Positions 11,401 to 23,677 of a stretch of 64,000 nucleotides of DNA are shown piece by piece. The first letter of the stretch is position 1. Each line of letters starts with the position of its first letter. The position numbers were made by a program, and so were the translations under genes. A model generated the notes under the pieces. That model saw nothing but the letters and a program-made list of their open reading frames with translations, did no database searches and was not told the origin of the DNA. Where the stretch lies: contig NC_042998.1 in NCBI RefSeq assembly GCF_006345805.1, positions 183,210,001 through 183,274,000 on the forward strand, given 5' to 3'. Origin of the DNA: Octopus sinensis. Its lineage: Eukaryota.

Positions 11401-13643
11401 AGACAACTCAGACCAAACCTACATTGAGTCTATGAAGAGACCTGAAAAGCATCCTTCAATGGGGTCATGCCAGTCTTGTCTCCTTCTACAGCTTGTTGTA
11501 TGTGAAGCATTCGAAGTTAGACTTGTCTGTATTGTATGTTTCCATGAAGACATACATATCCAGCCATGGGGAAGTATTACCTTACTTAGAAACAGCTGAG
11601 AGCTGGCCTCAACAAACTCTGTCTGATCCATACCAGCATGGAAAAGAGAATGTTAAAACGATGATGATGGTGTTAATAATAACTAAGAACTCAATTTTAG
11701 CTCTTCCTTGATGTTTGTATTTTATTATGCATATTTTATTATGTTTGTTTGAAAAACATATTTTAATAGAAAGTAACATCCAAGGATATTTTAATAGAAA
11801 TACTATTATAATTATCTTATTGTTATATTTCGGAATGGTCATTTTGCCAGTTTAGTCAATAAAAACACACGCACTATATATTTGGTGTTACTTTGCTTCA
11901 GTGTTATTTATTTTTTACATTAATCTTAATCTTATTTCGGCCAGAGTTCTTTCGTCACACTCCTGTGACCGTATCAGTGGTCCTTTGTTTTCTTCTTTCT
12001 TATTTGTGTCTCTCCTTACTAACCGTCAGCCATTTTGTATTTCTATTCTATAATTATCTTTCTCTCTAGCAAAGACTGAAAAAGTTAAACGAAAGAAGAA
12101 GAAAAACAATGTTGTCCCTATTGACACACCAGATGACAAGGAATTATCTGCCACCACCAGTACCTCACTGACATTCATAACTTCTCCAATTACTAACTTG
12201 ACCACAGATTCTGGCGAAGAAAGTAAGTAGAATTCAGGAATCATTTTGCTGTTATCTTTAGGTTTAACTGAATGAAAAATTCTGTATTTATATTTAACAT
12301 AATTTTTGATTTTTAAGGAAATGAAGAATAGCATGCCATATTTTGTAGCATGTAGTTTAGTGTTCAAGACTCTTGTTTTATTGGTAATTGCTAGCTGTAA
12401 TAAGACAAGTTATTTCATTACCAGTTTCGATATACCTACTTTACACTTAGTTTATAACCTTAACTAGAAAATCTTTATTTTAAAAATGTTTTCTTAAAGT
12501 TTAGACCTAGATGATGTTAAAGGCAACAGGGAGTTGTTTAAATAAGCAAAATTTGCCCGCCTCTTTCGGTAATCTACTTAATACTAAGAACAACTAAATC
12601 AAAGACATTAAATTCCTCTGCTTCAACACTGACAGAAAACAAAGTAAATGGTACAAAAATGAAAGAAATCTGAACAGATGACTGACGCAGCTGACCAACA
12701 ACCTGGCTGGCTGACCAAGCAAATTTTATAAACTGAATCGTACTTTGTTACAAACAGAAAAATCTGTGGCTATATTGCTCTTTCCTCTAGGAATTCTTGA
12801 AGGGGTTAAAAAAAGAAAAAAAAAATGACATGGAAAACTCAACAACAATACAACACAAATCGAAGACCTATCTCTTACCAAAATTTTTAATAACATCAAA
12901 ACCTGTTATAAGTTTTCTTACACCCTTTTAAAAAGTCTGAGTTTGGTGTATTATTTTTATTATTATTATTATTGTTTCTGCTACATTAATCAAACACATT
13001 TGTAGATCAGGCAGTCACATTTTCTCTCCATTTTGCTTCCAGTTCCCCATTCTACACACATAACAAAAGCCCCACCTCTAAATATACTGACCTCATGGCC
13101 ATAACCAGCAAGTAAAGAACCAACTCCACTCCCTTCAGCCTAACAAGGTGAAGGATTCTGAAAGTGTTCCTACAATGAATGTATCCCCAAGTTTCTCAAG
13201 TCTTACTTCTAATGCTACCCACACACTCACAGGCTGATAACACTTAATAACTTTTCATACTCACAATACCTACAATGTGTGCACCTCACACAAGATATTC
13301 ACCAACATTGATACATATCTTCAGAACATCCTCCATAGCCTCATCATTCTAAATCTGACTCGGATATGTAAGCAAAATTGTGGCTATTTTCTGCCACTAA
13401 AGATACAGCTTTGGCTATGTTACTGAGGTGTTGTAGCAACCATATTGATTTCTCATAAAAAGTCATCAAAGAGTGTGAAGCCTAGCATTTATAAATTTTG
13501 TGAAATTTTTGTTTACAAGTAATCTTTTCTTTTTTTCTCTCTTCACAGACACTTTTTCTCAGAAGTGGAATTTGGTTGAAGAATTACCAACTGTTGAAAA
13601 CTTACAGCTAATTGATGAGAAGACGGATGCTAATGTTAGTTGA
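1145..13643 (+). CDS. ARL13B: ARL13B ciliary small GTPase, 3' part (5 coding exons; 5' exons outside the window)
   Basis: Exons 1145-1347, 7187-7292, 10264-10543 (or 10534), 12070-12222 and 13549-13643 have AG/GT boundaries and compatible phases (0,2,0,1,1). The first exon (ESCSASLGSGRKLDKNITKGIMWLCNIVDQQYDFYNERVVKEMKAMCEEKKIKDEERKIRVKKIREER) resembles the end of the G domain and the coiled coil of ARL13B as I recall it. Confidence 0.85.
1372..1482. repeat. (TA)n microsatellite cluster with repeated AAA(A)TTTGA spacers
   Basis: Read directly. Many other (TA)n, (CA)n and (CAT)n tracts occur, e.g. 1906-1945, 2106-2131, 8421-8472, 21717-21802, 61787-61878. Confidence 0.9.
2668..3600 (-). mobile_element. 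5'-truncated RTE-clade LINE (RT C-terminus, 3' UTR, (GAT)n tail)
   Basis: The minus strand reads the decayed peptide ...RRLERNEASMIHWMCNV...[17 protein letters not shown]..., followed by the 3' UTR shared with many short copies and the tail. Confidence 0.85.
3859..5573 (-). mobile_element. Composite non-autonomous Helitron-like element(s)
   Basis: On -, 5' TCT(T/A)TATATATAAAA...GTGTCTGTC ends at 4233, 4677 and 5573. The 3' end, CCCGAGCAACGCCGGG hairpin plus CTAG, is at 3859. Unit 3859-4233 sits in an A|T target. Confidence 0.8.
4700..5277. repeat. 22-bp CpG-rich minisatellite (GTGTGACTGCGCATGCGCGAAC), about 25 units, terminal units inverted
   Basis: Period read directly. About 11 perfect GCGCATGCGC palindromes. 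Orientation flips near 5220. Confidence 0.95.
6240..6500 (+). mobile_element. RTE 3'-tail short copy
   Basis: ...CCCATGCTAGCATGGAAAGCGGACGTTAAACG followed by (GAT)n. Confidence 0.8.
7187..7292 (+). CDS. ARL13B: ARL13B exon
   Basis: ttttaag|G GAG AAA...GCC AAG|gtactg; REKEQEKPIELSPRYPTPDQETGDPFKRLDGTYFAK. DPF corresponds to the NPF-like motif. Confidence 0.8.
8219..8847 (-). mobile_element. Family A SINE with an expanded central insert
   Basis: Reverse complement of the family A tail and head, with extra sequence around the microsatellite. Confidence 0.75.
10264..10543 (+). CDS. ARL13B: ARL13B exon (low-complexity C-terminal region)
   Basis: ttatttcag|ACAACC; open frame TTNDSNLVEAPHLLNHPKVDNSESEKIQ...; phase-1 donors after 10534 (gtgagc) and after 10543 (gtgagt). 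Confidence 0.7.
10615..11312 (-). mobile_element. Family A SINE interrupted by an RTE 3' tail (10843-11148)
   Basis: Both halves of family A flank a (CAT)n-starting RTE tail inserted at the central microsatellite. Confidence 0.75.
12070..12222 (+). CDS. ARL13B: ARL13B exon with basic stretch and VxP-like motif
   Basis: tctctctag|CA AAG...GAA A|gtaagt; TKTEKVKRKKKKNNVVPIDTPDDKELSATTSTSLTFITSPITNLTTDSGEE. Confidence 0.8.
13549..13643 (+). CDS. ARL13B: ARL13B terminal coding exon
   Basis: Long pyrimidine tract, cttcacag|AC ACT; NTFSQKWNLVEELPTVENLQLIDEKTDANVS-stop. Confidence 0.75.
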
Positions 13644-14894
13644 TACCTGAAGTATCTTAGGAAAGCAACTGTTTGTCTTAGCATGAATGAATTAGTTATT
13701 TATTTTACTTATGGCTCACCACTTTTTTTAATGAGATTGCAAAGAGTTTTGAATACTTTTTACTATGAGATTAAGATCTATTTTTTTTACTTGTCAGACC
13801 CTCCAATTCTTTAAAAATCCCTCCATATAACTATTCGAAGCAAAAAAAGGACACAAACAAACTTTTTATAACAGTATTTTTCATCAAAATTTATATTGAA
13901 TGTAAAACTTGTAGATGCAGAAACTTTTGAAGATAGTTTTAAAATCTTAACAAAATGTAACAGCTTTTATTTACTGTTTCTGCTGTTTATTGGACAAGGG
14001 TCTTCAATATGATTCACAAATCATTTGGAAACATTTATGTTATAAAATAAAAATAATTTATTCATCTCCGATATGTTTTGTTAGATGAAAATGTATTATT
14101 AATGTATTTTCATTTATCTCCATTTGTGAAAAAAGTACATTTAATACTGATACAACCAGTTTTTAGTTGCATGTTCTGTAAGTCACTCTTGGCTATTTTG
14201 TTTCTATGTTCCCTTTGTCCCATCTCATCAGTTAAAAAAAAAGTCTTAATCCACCATCTGTGACATACCGACACCACTTTATATTATAATTTTTTTTACA
14301 TCTACTTTTCCATATTTACACAGAGGGTGGTATTTTGTTGGTCTAATTATTTCTACAGCTAGATATTCTTCATACTGCAGTAGACAATTTCTTTTTTAAC
14401 AATCAAGGAAACTGAAGCAGAGATAAATGCACACAATGCAATGGTTATATTAAGATTAAATATATTACTGTGTGGTCAGTTGTCCAGTTGAATATCCAAT
14501 TGTTTTTTGAATTTGTTAACAGTTGCTCTGTGTTCTGAAGAAGGTTATTGAAGAACCAGGGTTCCTTTGAATCCTAAGCTATTGCAATATCTAGTCCTAA
14601 TTACAGACAGCACTTTTGCAGCTATGCAATTCTCCTCTAGTTGGAAGGTACCTGCCGTTTTCAATTCTAAAGGTATTCAAAACGTAAATTGCAGCACATC
14701 TTTCTCATACATAATATTTATAATTAAAGCTGTTTCTAAAAGATAACTCAAGATACAAATAATCTATTAGGATGTTTACTTGACACACATTTGAAAAATC
14801 TCAAGCATACGCACACATACTGATATACAAAAATACATACATAAATAGCTTGGCATTTTTTTCTGTTCTTCTAACAAAATAATTGTTTTATAAG

Positions 14895-15238
14895 TCCGTT
14901 GCCAGCCTCGCCTGGCCCTCGTGCCGGTGGCACGTAAAAGCACCATCCGTTCGTGTCCGTTGCCAGCCTCGCCTGGCCCCCGTGCCTGTGGCACGTAAAA
15001 GCACCATCTGTTCGTGGCCGTTTGCCAGCTCCGTCTGGCACCTGTGCGGGTGGCATGTAAAAAGCACCCACTACACTCACGGAGTGGTTGGCATTAGGAA
15101 GGGCATCCAGCCGTAGAAACACTGCCAGATCAGACCGGGCCTGATGCAGCCTTCTGGCTTCACAGACCCCAGTTGAACCGTCCAACCCATGCTAGCATGG
15201 AAAGCGGACACTAAATGGTGATGATGATGGTGATGATG
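14895..15238 (+). mobile_element. RTE 3'-tail short copy with about 3 internal VNTR units
   Basis: Same tail. It lies between the ARL13B and WDR3 stop codons. Confidence 0.8.
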
Positions 15239-15848
15239 CTAAAGATACAATTCAAAAACAGAGAGAGAATCATCATCATCATTTAACGTCCGTTTTCCAT
15301 GCTGGAAATATACCTAAGCTGTTCCTGATTCTGCATACTTTAAAGGAATCTAAATTAAAACCTTATATATCAGTTTTCACAACTTATATTCTAAACATCA
15401 TCTCAATAACAACAAGGTTATTATAATAATTTTTTCTTTATCGTTGAAATTAATTGAAACAATGGCAGTATTATTTTTTAAGAGAAATATGGTAACAACA
15501 AGATTAAAATTACTTTTGCATAACTTACAATTTCACACATCCAGTTTGATGCCCCACAATTCCATTGTTAGAAGAAGAGATGAATCAGCTTTAGATCCAA
15601 ACACATAACTCAAGGTATGTCAACCCTTGAGAATAGAAATGGCAAATGAGAAGGCCTGTCTGTGATGATTAGGCTTCTGTTGTTCACTCAGTGTATGGTT
15701 GCACCAGCATGCTTAGCATGCTTCCAACTTCGGGCTTACTCTATGCATGGTAACATCTGATTTCAAAACATTTTGCTATCCAACTTTCATATGAGAAAAT
15801 AAAAAAAATTCAAATCAAAACAGATCAAAATTTAATAAAATTTTTTTT

Positions 15849-15947
15849 TTATTTAACATCAGTAACTTCAAAATTGTCTGATATATCACCATTATTATAT
15901 TGTCTTTGCAGCATTTTGAGGGCATAAAGATTATAACCACTTGTATC
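15849..15947 (-). CDS. WDR3: WDR3 terminal coding exon 25
   Basis: Strong acceptor ttcctcttcctttctag|GAT; [32 protein letters not shown]-stop. Confidence 0.85.
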   Translation of the reverse strand, partial: DTSGYNLYALKMLQRQYNNGDISDNFEVTDVK

Positions 15948-18900
15948 CTAGAAAGGAAGAGGAATAAATAAATATTACTGAAAATAAATAGCAAGACATC
16001 ATAAAAATAACAGTCCCTAATATACATAGCATTATCATCACTTGAATGGCCACAGATTTTCAACAGTTAGATGCCCCTTCTTCTTGCTAAGCTCTCACCT
16101 CTTTCCAAAGAAGATATTCTTCCTTAGTCTGGTCATTTTACACAAAGATAGTATAAAACAGACCTACAGACAGAATAAGAAATTATTCCAGAAGATGGAA
16201 ATAATAATTGTATCAAAAACACTAACACTTTGAATTATCAGATTCAAAGTTTGTAATTTAATCTTCATTTGGTGGAATATGCCATGCTGTGATAATAAGT
16301 TCATGATGATTTCAGCCAATGGACTCAGCTGAAACTATTTTCTTTCACTTAAACTCACACAGGCATGGCTGTGTGGTTTAGAAGTTTGCTTCCCAACCAC
16401 ATGGTTTCAGGTTCAGTCCCACTGCTTAGTACTTTGAGCAAGTGTTTTTTCTACTATGGCTTCAGACTGACAAAGCCTTGTAAGTGAATTTGGCAGATGG
16501 AAACTGAAAGAAGCCCATCATGAGAGGTGTAAAAGAGTGTCAACATCATACAAGTGATGTCTTTTGCTTCCAATCTTACATGAAAATATGTCTGGTTATA
16601 GGAAAAATATACTCTCACTTAGAATCAGATGAGGGTTGGTGACAGGAAGGGCATCCAGCTGTAAGAAAATCTACCTCGGTAAATTTCATCAAACCCATGC
16701 AAGTATAGAAAAGTGAACATTAAAATGATAACAAACCACTAATATTTTAGAAGAAAGTAAGACTGCTACTTCATGTAAACATCTTGGCTACACACTTACC
16801 AAGGCACCAGAAACCAATGTCGATGTATCTTTCCGAGAGACACTATGACATCACAAAAATTATAATTAGTATCATTTTATTCACCATCTAAAGTACAGAA
16901 TAGAAGGAACTCTTTAGAGAACCTTTCTAATGTCACTGGTATGATAAATGCTATCAACCTATGCTGTAGAGTGTTTGGCAATATGATGGGCATCCAACCA
17001 TGAAGAACACACCAAAAGAGGGCAGTAACTCCCAATAAAAAAAATGATAGAATAGAAAGGATACTTTGTCCTGGCTGCCAACTTTTTTAAGGCTGGTGAT
17101 GCTATAAAATGCACCCAGTGTAAGTGAATGACATTCAATCAATAAAAAGATTTTGATATGATCCCCACCTCCTCTATGTATTATCACCTAACACCTCTTC
17201 CTCAATGACCCACTTTTATTTTCATTATATTTCTCCATTATGACTTCATCCTTATTCACGGTTCACTGCTTTCACTCCTCTAGTTCTGATAGTGACTCAG
17301 CTATTAGAGCAAGATCATCAGCATAAAGGAGCTCCCGGGGACAGCCTGTCTTGAATTCCTCTGTTATTACCTGGAGGACTATGATGAATAAGAGGGGGCT
17401 GAAGACTGATCCTTGGTGGACCACTACCCCTAGCCAGAATTCTTCACTGTTCTCATTGCCAACCCTCACCTTACTGACAGCATCCCTGTATGTATATGAA
17501 TGCATTTTGGAAATATTGTGCATATTAAATGACAGGGGAAACCTAGGCTATTTTTGAAAGCCAGTTTGAGTAACAAACTGACATGGCGGTGCCCCAGCAT
17601 GGTCACAGCTCATGAGCTGAAACTAGATAAAATAAAATAAAATAAAAAATAGATTATTTGTATAACAGTTTCCTAAACTTCAGAAGATTGCAAAGGAAAA
17701 TTGTTTGAAAAAATATATTTGATAACAATAGCTGCCATTAAAATTGATTCTACAACCATTGCTAGTTATTATGTTTGGTACATTTTATTGTCATTGCTTA
17801 TCCCAAGGTCAGTCCTGATCAAAAGCATTCCAACCATGACTACCATCTGTGTATTTAAAATGACATTATCTAATATGTCTTTGTCTTGAAATAGCAAGAT
17901 GTAATTTGAAGATGATTTTGGCTGCTATTTCCAGCAGGTCAGGTAATCCATTTGGGCAACCCCAACAGGAAAAGGAGAAAGGACGGTGGAGATGAGGTAT
18001 CAAGGTGTATGCTCAAGGTACAAGAAGGTAAATAAAAAGAAAATAAGGGCAGAGAATTGAGGAAGGCTAAGTGGAAGAGTATGCTCATATTCACAAGAGT
18101 GTGAATAGAAAGCAACAGGCAGTAGGGGACTGAAGTGAAGGCACTAAATGGTAAACATGGATGGAAGGGTTGACAATGGTGAGTCTCAGAGGGAATGTAA
18201 TGAAAAAATGAGTCAGTCATGAAAGAGATGACAGGTAGTAATATATATAAAAAAAAAAAGCTATTGTCATTAATAAATACTTTTTAATAAAACCGCTGGT
18301 CATTTGCGATATCAATGTCGGAAAAGATACTGATATTCTAAATATTGAAACAGCAAGCTTTGACAGCATGCAGTGACTGGATGCCTACCACTGATGATTT
18401 CCAGTAGAATGAAATCATATATGGGAGTTCCAGAACCCATGACATGATTGTGCTTTTATGAGGATTTCTCATGGGCTTACAGGAGAGGATTTCTCAAGAC
18501 TAATAATGCAGTAATCAGTGTTCTAACAAGATATCCATGTTAAGTTGGATATAAAGATTACTTTACTTCATTCAAAGTTTGGAAATCATGGAGTTGAGTT
18601 TAAAATGGTGATATAAAAAAAGAAACCTAAGTTACAGATTAAGCAATATTTTTAAACTGTAGAAGAAATTAGAAATAAAAGAAACCTTACCACAAGTTCA
18701 GATACATGTTCTTGAATGTCTTCATTTAATTTCAATAGAAATGGAAGAATGCTCTTATCAACCAGCAACTGGTTATGATGAACTCTTGAAACAGAAACAG
18801 GAAAGACTATCATATAAACATCACTTTTTTCTCATTTTTATTATTTCCAGGTTCATGTTTCTCATAAACCACTGACACAATAAGAGAGAGGTGAGTAGGG

Positions 18901-21734
18901 TTGATTAAACAGATCCACTACAAAGTTGACTCTAGCAAGAGTTAAACTCAGAAAGTAGAGTAACTACATGCAGCTCAACCTCTTACTAATACTGTACAAA
19001 TTCTGCCATACACAACCATGAGCATTATCAATATATTAACTACACAGTATTAGTGTATCCCAGGTTAGGAGGGGAGGTGAAACATACAACTACTGTTACT
19101 CCTTGGACTAAATCAAAGAATGCTGAAGTGAAGTGGAAATAATTCTAAATAAAAAAAATTATGGTAACAAAGGCTTATCATTTTTGTCACAATTTCCTAT
19201 ATTGAGATTTTTTTCTTATAGTTAACAAAATGACTTCCAGTATCTTTGACATATTTTATTGACACCAAAAGAATAAAAAATATAATCAATTCTGGTGAAA
19301 TTTAAACAAAGGTCAATTTATAATAAATATTTTTTATGATTCCTATTATTGGAACCTACAAATATTTTATAGGTTCCAAATACCACACCCGAGATAAATA
19401 TAATCCTTCTTTCGACAGGCTGCAGGTTAAATGTAACCTCTAAACATCATCATCACCATCGTTTAACATCCGTTTTCCATGCTAGCATGGGTTGGACAGT
19501 TCGACCGGGATCTGAGAAGCCAGAAGGCTGCACCAGGCTCCAGTCTGATATAGCAGTGTTTCTGCAGCTGGATGCCCTTCCTAACACCAACCACTCCGTG
19601 AGTACAGTGGGTGCTTTTTACGTGCTACCGGCAAAGATGCCAGGCAAGGCTGGCAATGGCTACGATCAGATTGGTGCTTTTTACGTGCCACCGGCAAGGA
19701 AGCCAGTCAAGGCAGTGCTGGCATCGGCCACGTTCAGATGGTGCTTTTTACGTGCCACTGGCATAGGGATCACAACTACAATTTCCATTGATCTCTGATG
19801 TTGATGTACTTAACTCAATAAGTCTCCTCAAGCACAGGGTCGAAACAGTGTTTCTTTACTTGCCACCTGCACAGAGGTCAGTCCAGCGGCACTGGCAACT
19901 GCCAGGTACCAGTCATAGGATTGGTTCAATTTCGATTCCGATTTCACTTGCCCCAACATATAAGATTATTATAAATAGATGTTTTTCTCTTACTGCAGTA
20001 AGATTTATTCCCATCATCAACTACAATCTTCTCCATAATATTCTAAGTCATTTAAATTTTAAATCATCTTGAAACATTCTACTTTTTCATTAATGTAAAT
20101 TCATAATTTTTTTTTTTTACAGCAATAATGTAGGTGCATGCATTTGCAAAGTTATACATTTGCATGAATTGCTAGAGCAGGTTCATTAAAGCAAGACACA
20201 CTATCTGAAGACCAGAAATGAACTAGTATGTGACTAATATGTACATAATTTTCCATTAGCTGAGACTAAATCAAGAATAGTGTGATTTACTAGAAAGAAC
20301 TAGGCAATACATATTGTAGGACTTGATCTTACAACCAGTAAGTCAATTTTATAATAAACACCTCCTCACCAAACTTCTCATTACAGTGGTGGTATCAATT
20401 ACCCCATTTTGAACTGTTTGTAATTCACTTACCTAAGAAGAAATAATATAGCATTTATAGACTTCATAGTACACCATTTTGATGTCACAAATTTTTGCAG
20501 CAACTTCAGAAGGATAACAGCACAGTGATAAGGGAGACCCAGCAATGTACCATTCAACTCACTAGAATAGAGTAGCAAATATGACAACAGATAAGAAACT
20601 AGATTTAGTTAGGAACGACAATCTGACACGACAAAAGACTTACAACAACCGGAGTATCTGCTGCTACCATTTGTCACTGACACTCACAAAGGTCAACCAT
20701 ATTTGGCAGTCATCATCATCAGCATTTAATGTCCACTTTTCCAAGCTTGCATGAATCCTATGGAATTTGTTGAGGCATTTTTCTATGGCTGGATACCTTT
20801 CCTCTTGCCAACCCCTGCCTGTTCCCAAGCAAAGGAACATTGTCCCATAGCTAGATATGTTTTTCATGAAAGACTAGAAATGAACAACCTTGATTCTATG
20901 ATGATGATGTCCATTTACAACCACCACAGGATGTCCCAGACAAAGGTACATGCAAACACATACATCCACATGACAAGCTTTCTGTCTACCAAATCCATTC
21001 ACAAGGCTTTGGTTGACTCAGGGCTATAATAGAAAACACTTGCCCAAGGTGCTGTACAGTGGGACTGAACCAAAACCACATGGTTTGGCAGCAAGCTTCT
21101 TAACCATACAATAACATTTGCACCTATATGCAGTCATACTTGTGACTATATACAACCAGGACTGCACTTACACACAACCAGGCCTGCACATGATAATATG
21201 AACTGCCTTTACATATGTCACAAATAACACAGGTGTTATTGTCAGAGTCTGGCACTCATCACTGCAGCTGTTTACAAGCTGACAGGTAACATCATACATT
21301 TTATTTTGTTTATATATTATAGTTGATGACATAAAAATAATTAATTCCAAAGAGGTCAGAAATATGAAGGAAAAGAAATGCTGAAGTTATTTTATTGTCA
21401 ATAAAGGTAATATGTTTTCAAGAAAGAGGAGGAGGGGCTTCTAAACTTCCTGAATAAAATGACGATAACTTCTCCTGGGAGTAACCAAATGTGTCACATC
21501 AGCTGCTTACCTGGCATTGATTCGTTTAAAGATTTCTCGGACATACTTCACAGTATCATCAACCCCATAGGCTATCAGAAATGGATTGGTGGCAGCATCT
21601 GCAATCTAAAATTGAAAAGAAAAGTTGTTACAAGCTTAATTATAAATGGAAAGGAGAAAGTTGTGTATAGGTGGGTAGATAGAAAGATAGATAGATAGAT
21701 AGGGATACAAATACATATATATATAAAATTAATA

Positions 21735-21803
<69 letters not shown>

Positions 21804-23646
21804 TGTATGCATATACATAATATTGTATGTGTGTACCTGAAGTGCCACACACACCTGATGCTGAAAATACTGAACTATATAGTAATTATAAAAAATAATC
21901 TTGTATAATGATATATGAATATAAACTCAACAACTTAAAGCTGGTGTGTGATGCTGAGAAAAATTCTATTATTAAGGCCTGATATCCCCCATCATCATGT
22001 TATATTATTCTGGGCATGTTGGACAAAATCCAGGAAGCTCCCATGGTGGCAACAAATTTGGTTCCTGCAATGTGGAGGGAACCAAGCTGCTGGAGTTCTG
22101 TGATGCAAACGACCTTAAGATCTGTAATACTAACTTCAGGAAACCTGCCAGTCACCTGTTCACCTACCAGTCTGGTGGGCACACTAGTCAGATTAACAAC
22201 ATTCTCACCAGGAAATGGGAAAGATGGCTTCTTATAAATGCCAAAACTTTCTCATGTGGAGAATGCACCCTACAACATAGATTAGTAGTTAGCGACTTCA
22301 GGATCAGGGCTAAATGGATGACCAGTATGGAGAAGGGTCTGGAAGCTTAAGGGCAGAGATTTAGGGACGTTTTACTTGAAACTTTTGACAAGAAAGAGGA
22401 TATAGCATCACATAATGTGGAGGACAACTGGAGGTTCCTACGGGACAACTTGTTGAGGGCTACTGACCAGATCTGTGTCTGGTGCAAAGTCCCCTTTCCA
22501 TCTAAAGTAACATGGTGGTGGAACAATGTAGTTGACAGGGCCCTTAGAAAAAAGAAACAGACATGGAAGGACTGAAAGTGTGGTGGTAGCAGGGAACTGT
22601 ATCAGATTCCAGAAGGGAAGCTAGGAGACAGGTTTACTTAGCCAGAGGGGAAGCAGATAAAAAAGAATTTGCCAATGTTCTGCGTCATGAGGACCAGAGA
22701 CTTGCAGTGTTTCATATTGCAAGACAGTATGTGAGAAAGAGCATGATGTCATAGGAGAGAAATGTGTCGGCATGGATGGTGGCTCACTTGCGTTTAATGA
22801 TGCTGCAAAGAGATATATATATGGCAGGCTTCTTTCAGCTTCTGTCTACTAAATCTACACGGTGAGTGTGTCTATGCACATGTGTGCATGAATTGTACAT
22901 ATTTTTACATGCATGTGAAAAAAATTAGGTAAACAAAATAAAAAAATTGAATGGCTTACTCTTTCTTTTTCTGGTTTTCTAGACTCTTCTTGATGAAGAC
23001 TTATCGCTTCCATTAATTTATCAATCTAAGAAAATAATATGAAATAGAAGAATTATAAAACATTTGCTCAAATAACATGTTATTTGTATATGAAGCAAAA
23101 TATATATAAATCATTGTGTTAACAAAAATTTGATAACATCAAACTTTAAGACATAACTTTAATTTATTAAATAGGTTCTTTTTTTTTTTACAGCAAATTC
23201 CATTATCAGTTCAAGAGATCATATCAGATGTTAAGAATAGAATATCTTTTATCAATATCCTGCAATAAAGCTTTTTTTTATATACACATACTTCGTCATC
23301 GGGACCTCCTTCAGTCACGACACTGACCATGGGATTGCACCTAGAAAGTTACCCTCCCAGGCGCAAGTCCGGGCAAGGTTGTTGATGGAAGACCAGCAGT
23401 CGCCCATGCCTCCCCTCTCCATGCCACCGATGTTATCCAAGGGAAAGGCAAAGGCTGATACAGCTTGACACCAGTGATGTCGCAACTCATTTCTACAGCT
23501 GAGTGAATTGGAGCAACGTGAAATAAAGTGTCTTGCTCAAGAACACAACACGCAGCCCAGTCCGGGATTCGAGCTCACAACCTCACGATCGTAAGCTCGA
23601 CGCTCTAACCACTGAGCCATGCACCTTCACATACTTACAAACATAC

Positions 23647-23677
<31 letters not shown>

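Noticed and set aside
15661-15760. TGATGA...CTGA C/D-like pair on the plus strand
   Set aside because: It is antisense to the WDR3 3' UTR, has no terminal stem, and has no recognisable guide.
16800-16890. Exon-like segment with a gtaagt donor in the last WDR3 intron
   Set aside because: No acceptor gives a frame compatible with exon 24, and there is no homology.
18290-18500. Several short hairpins and a PLVICDIN peptide
   Set aside because: The stems are only 5-7 bp, expected by chance in AT-rich DNA. The peptide similarity to an endonuclease is too weak.
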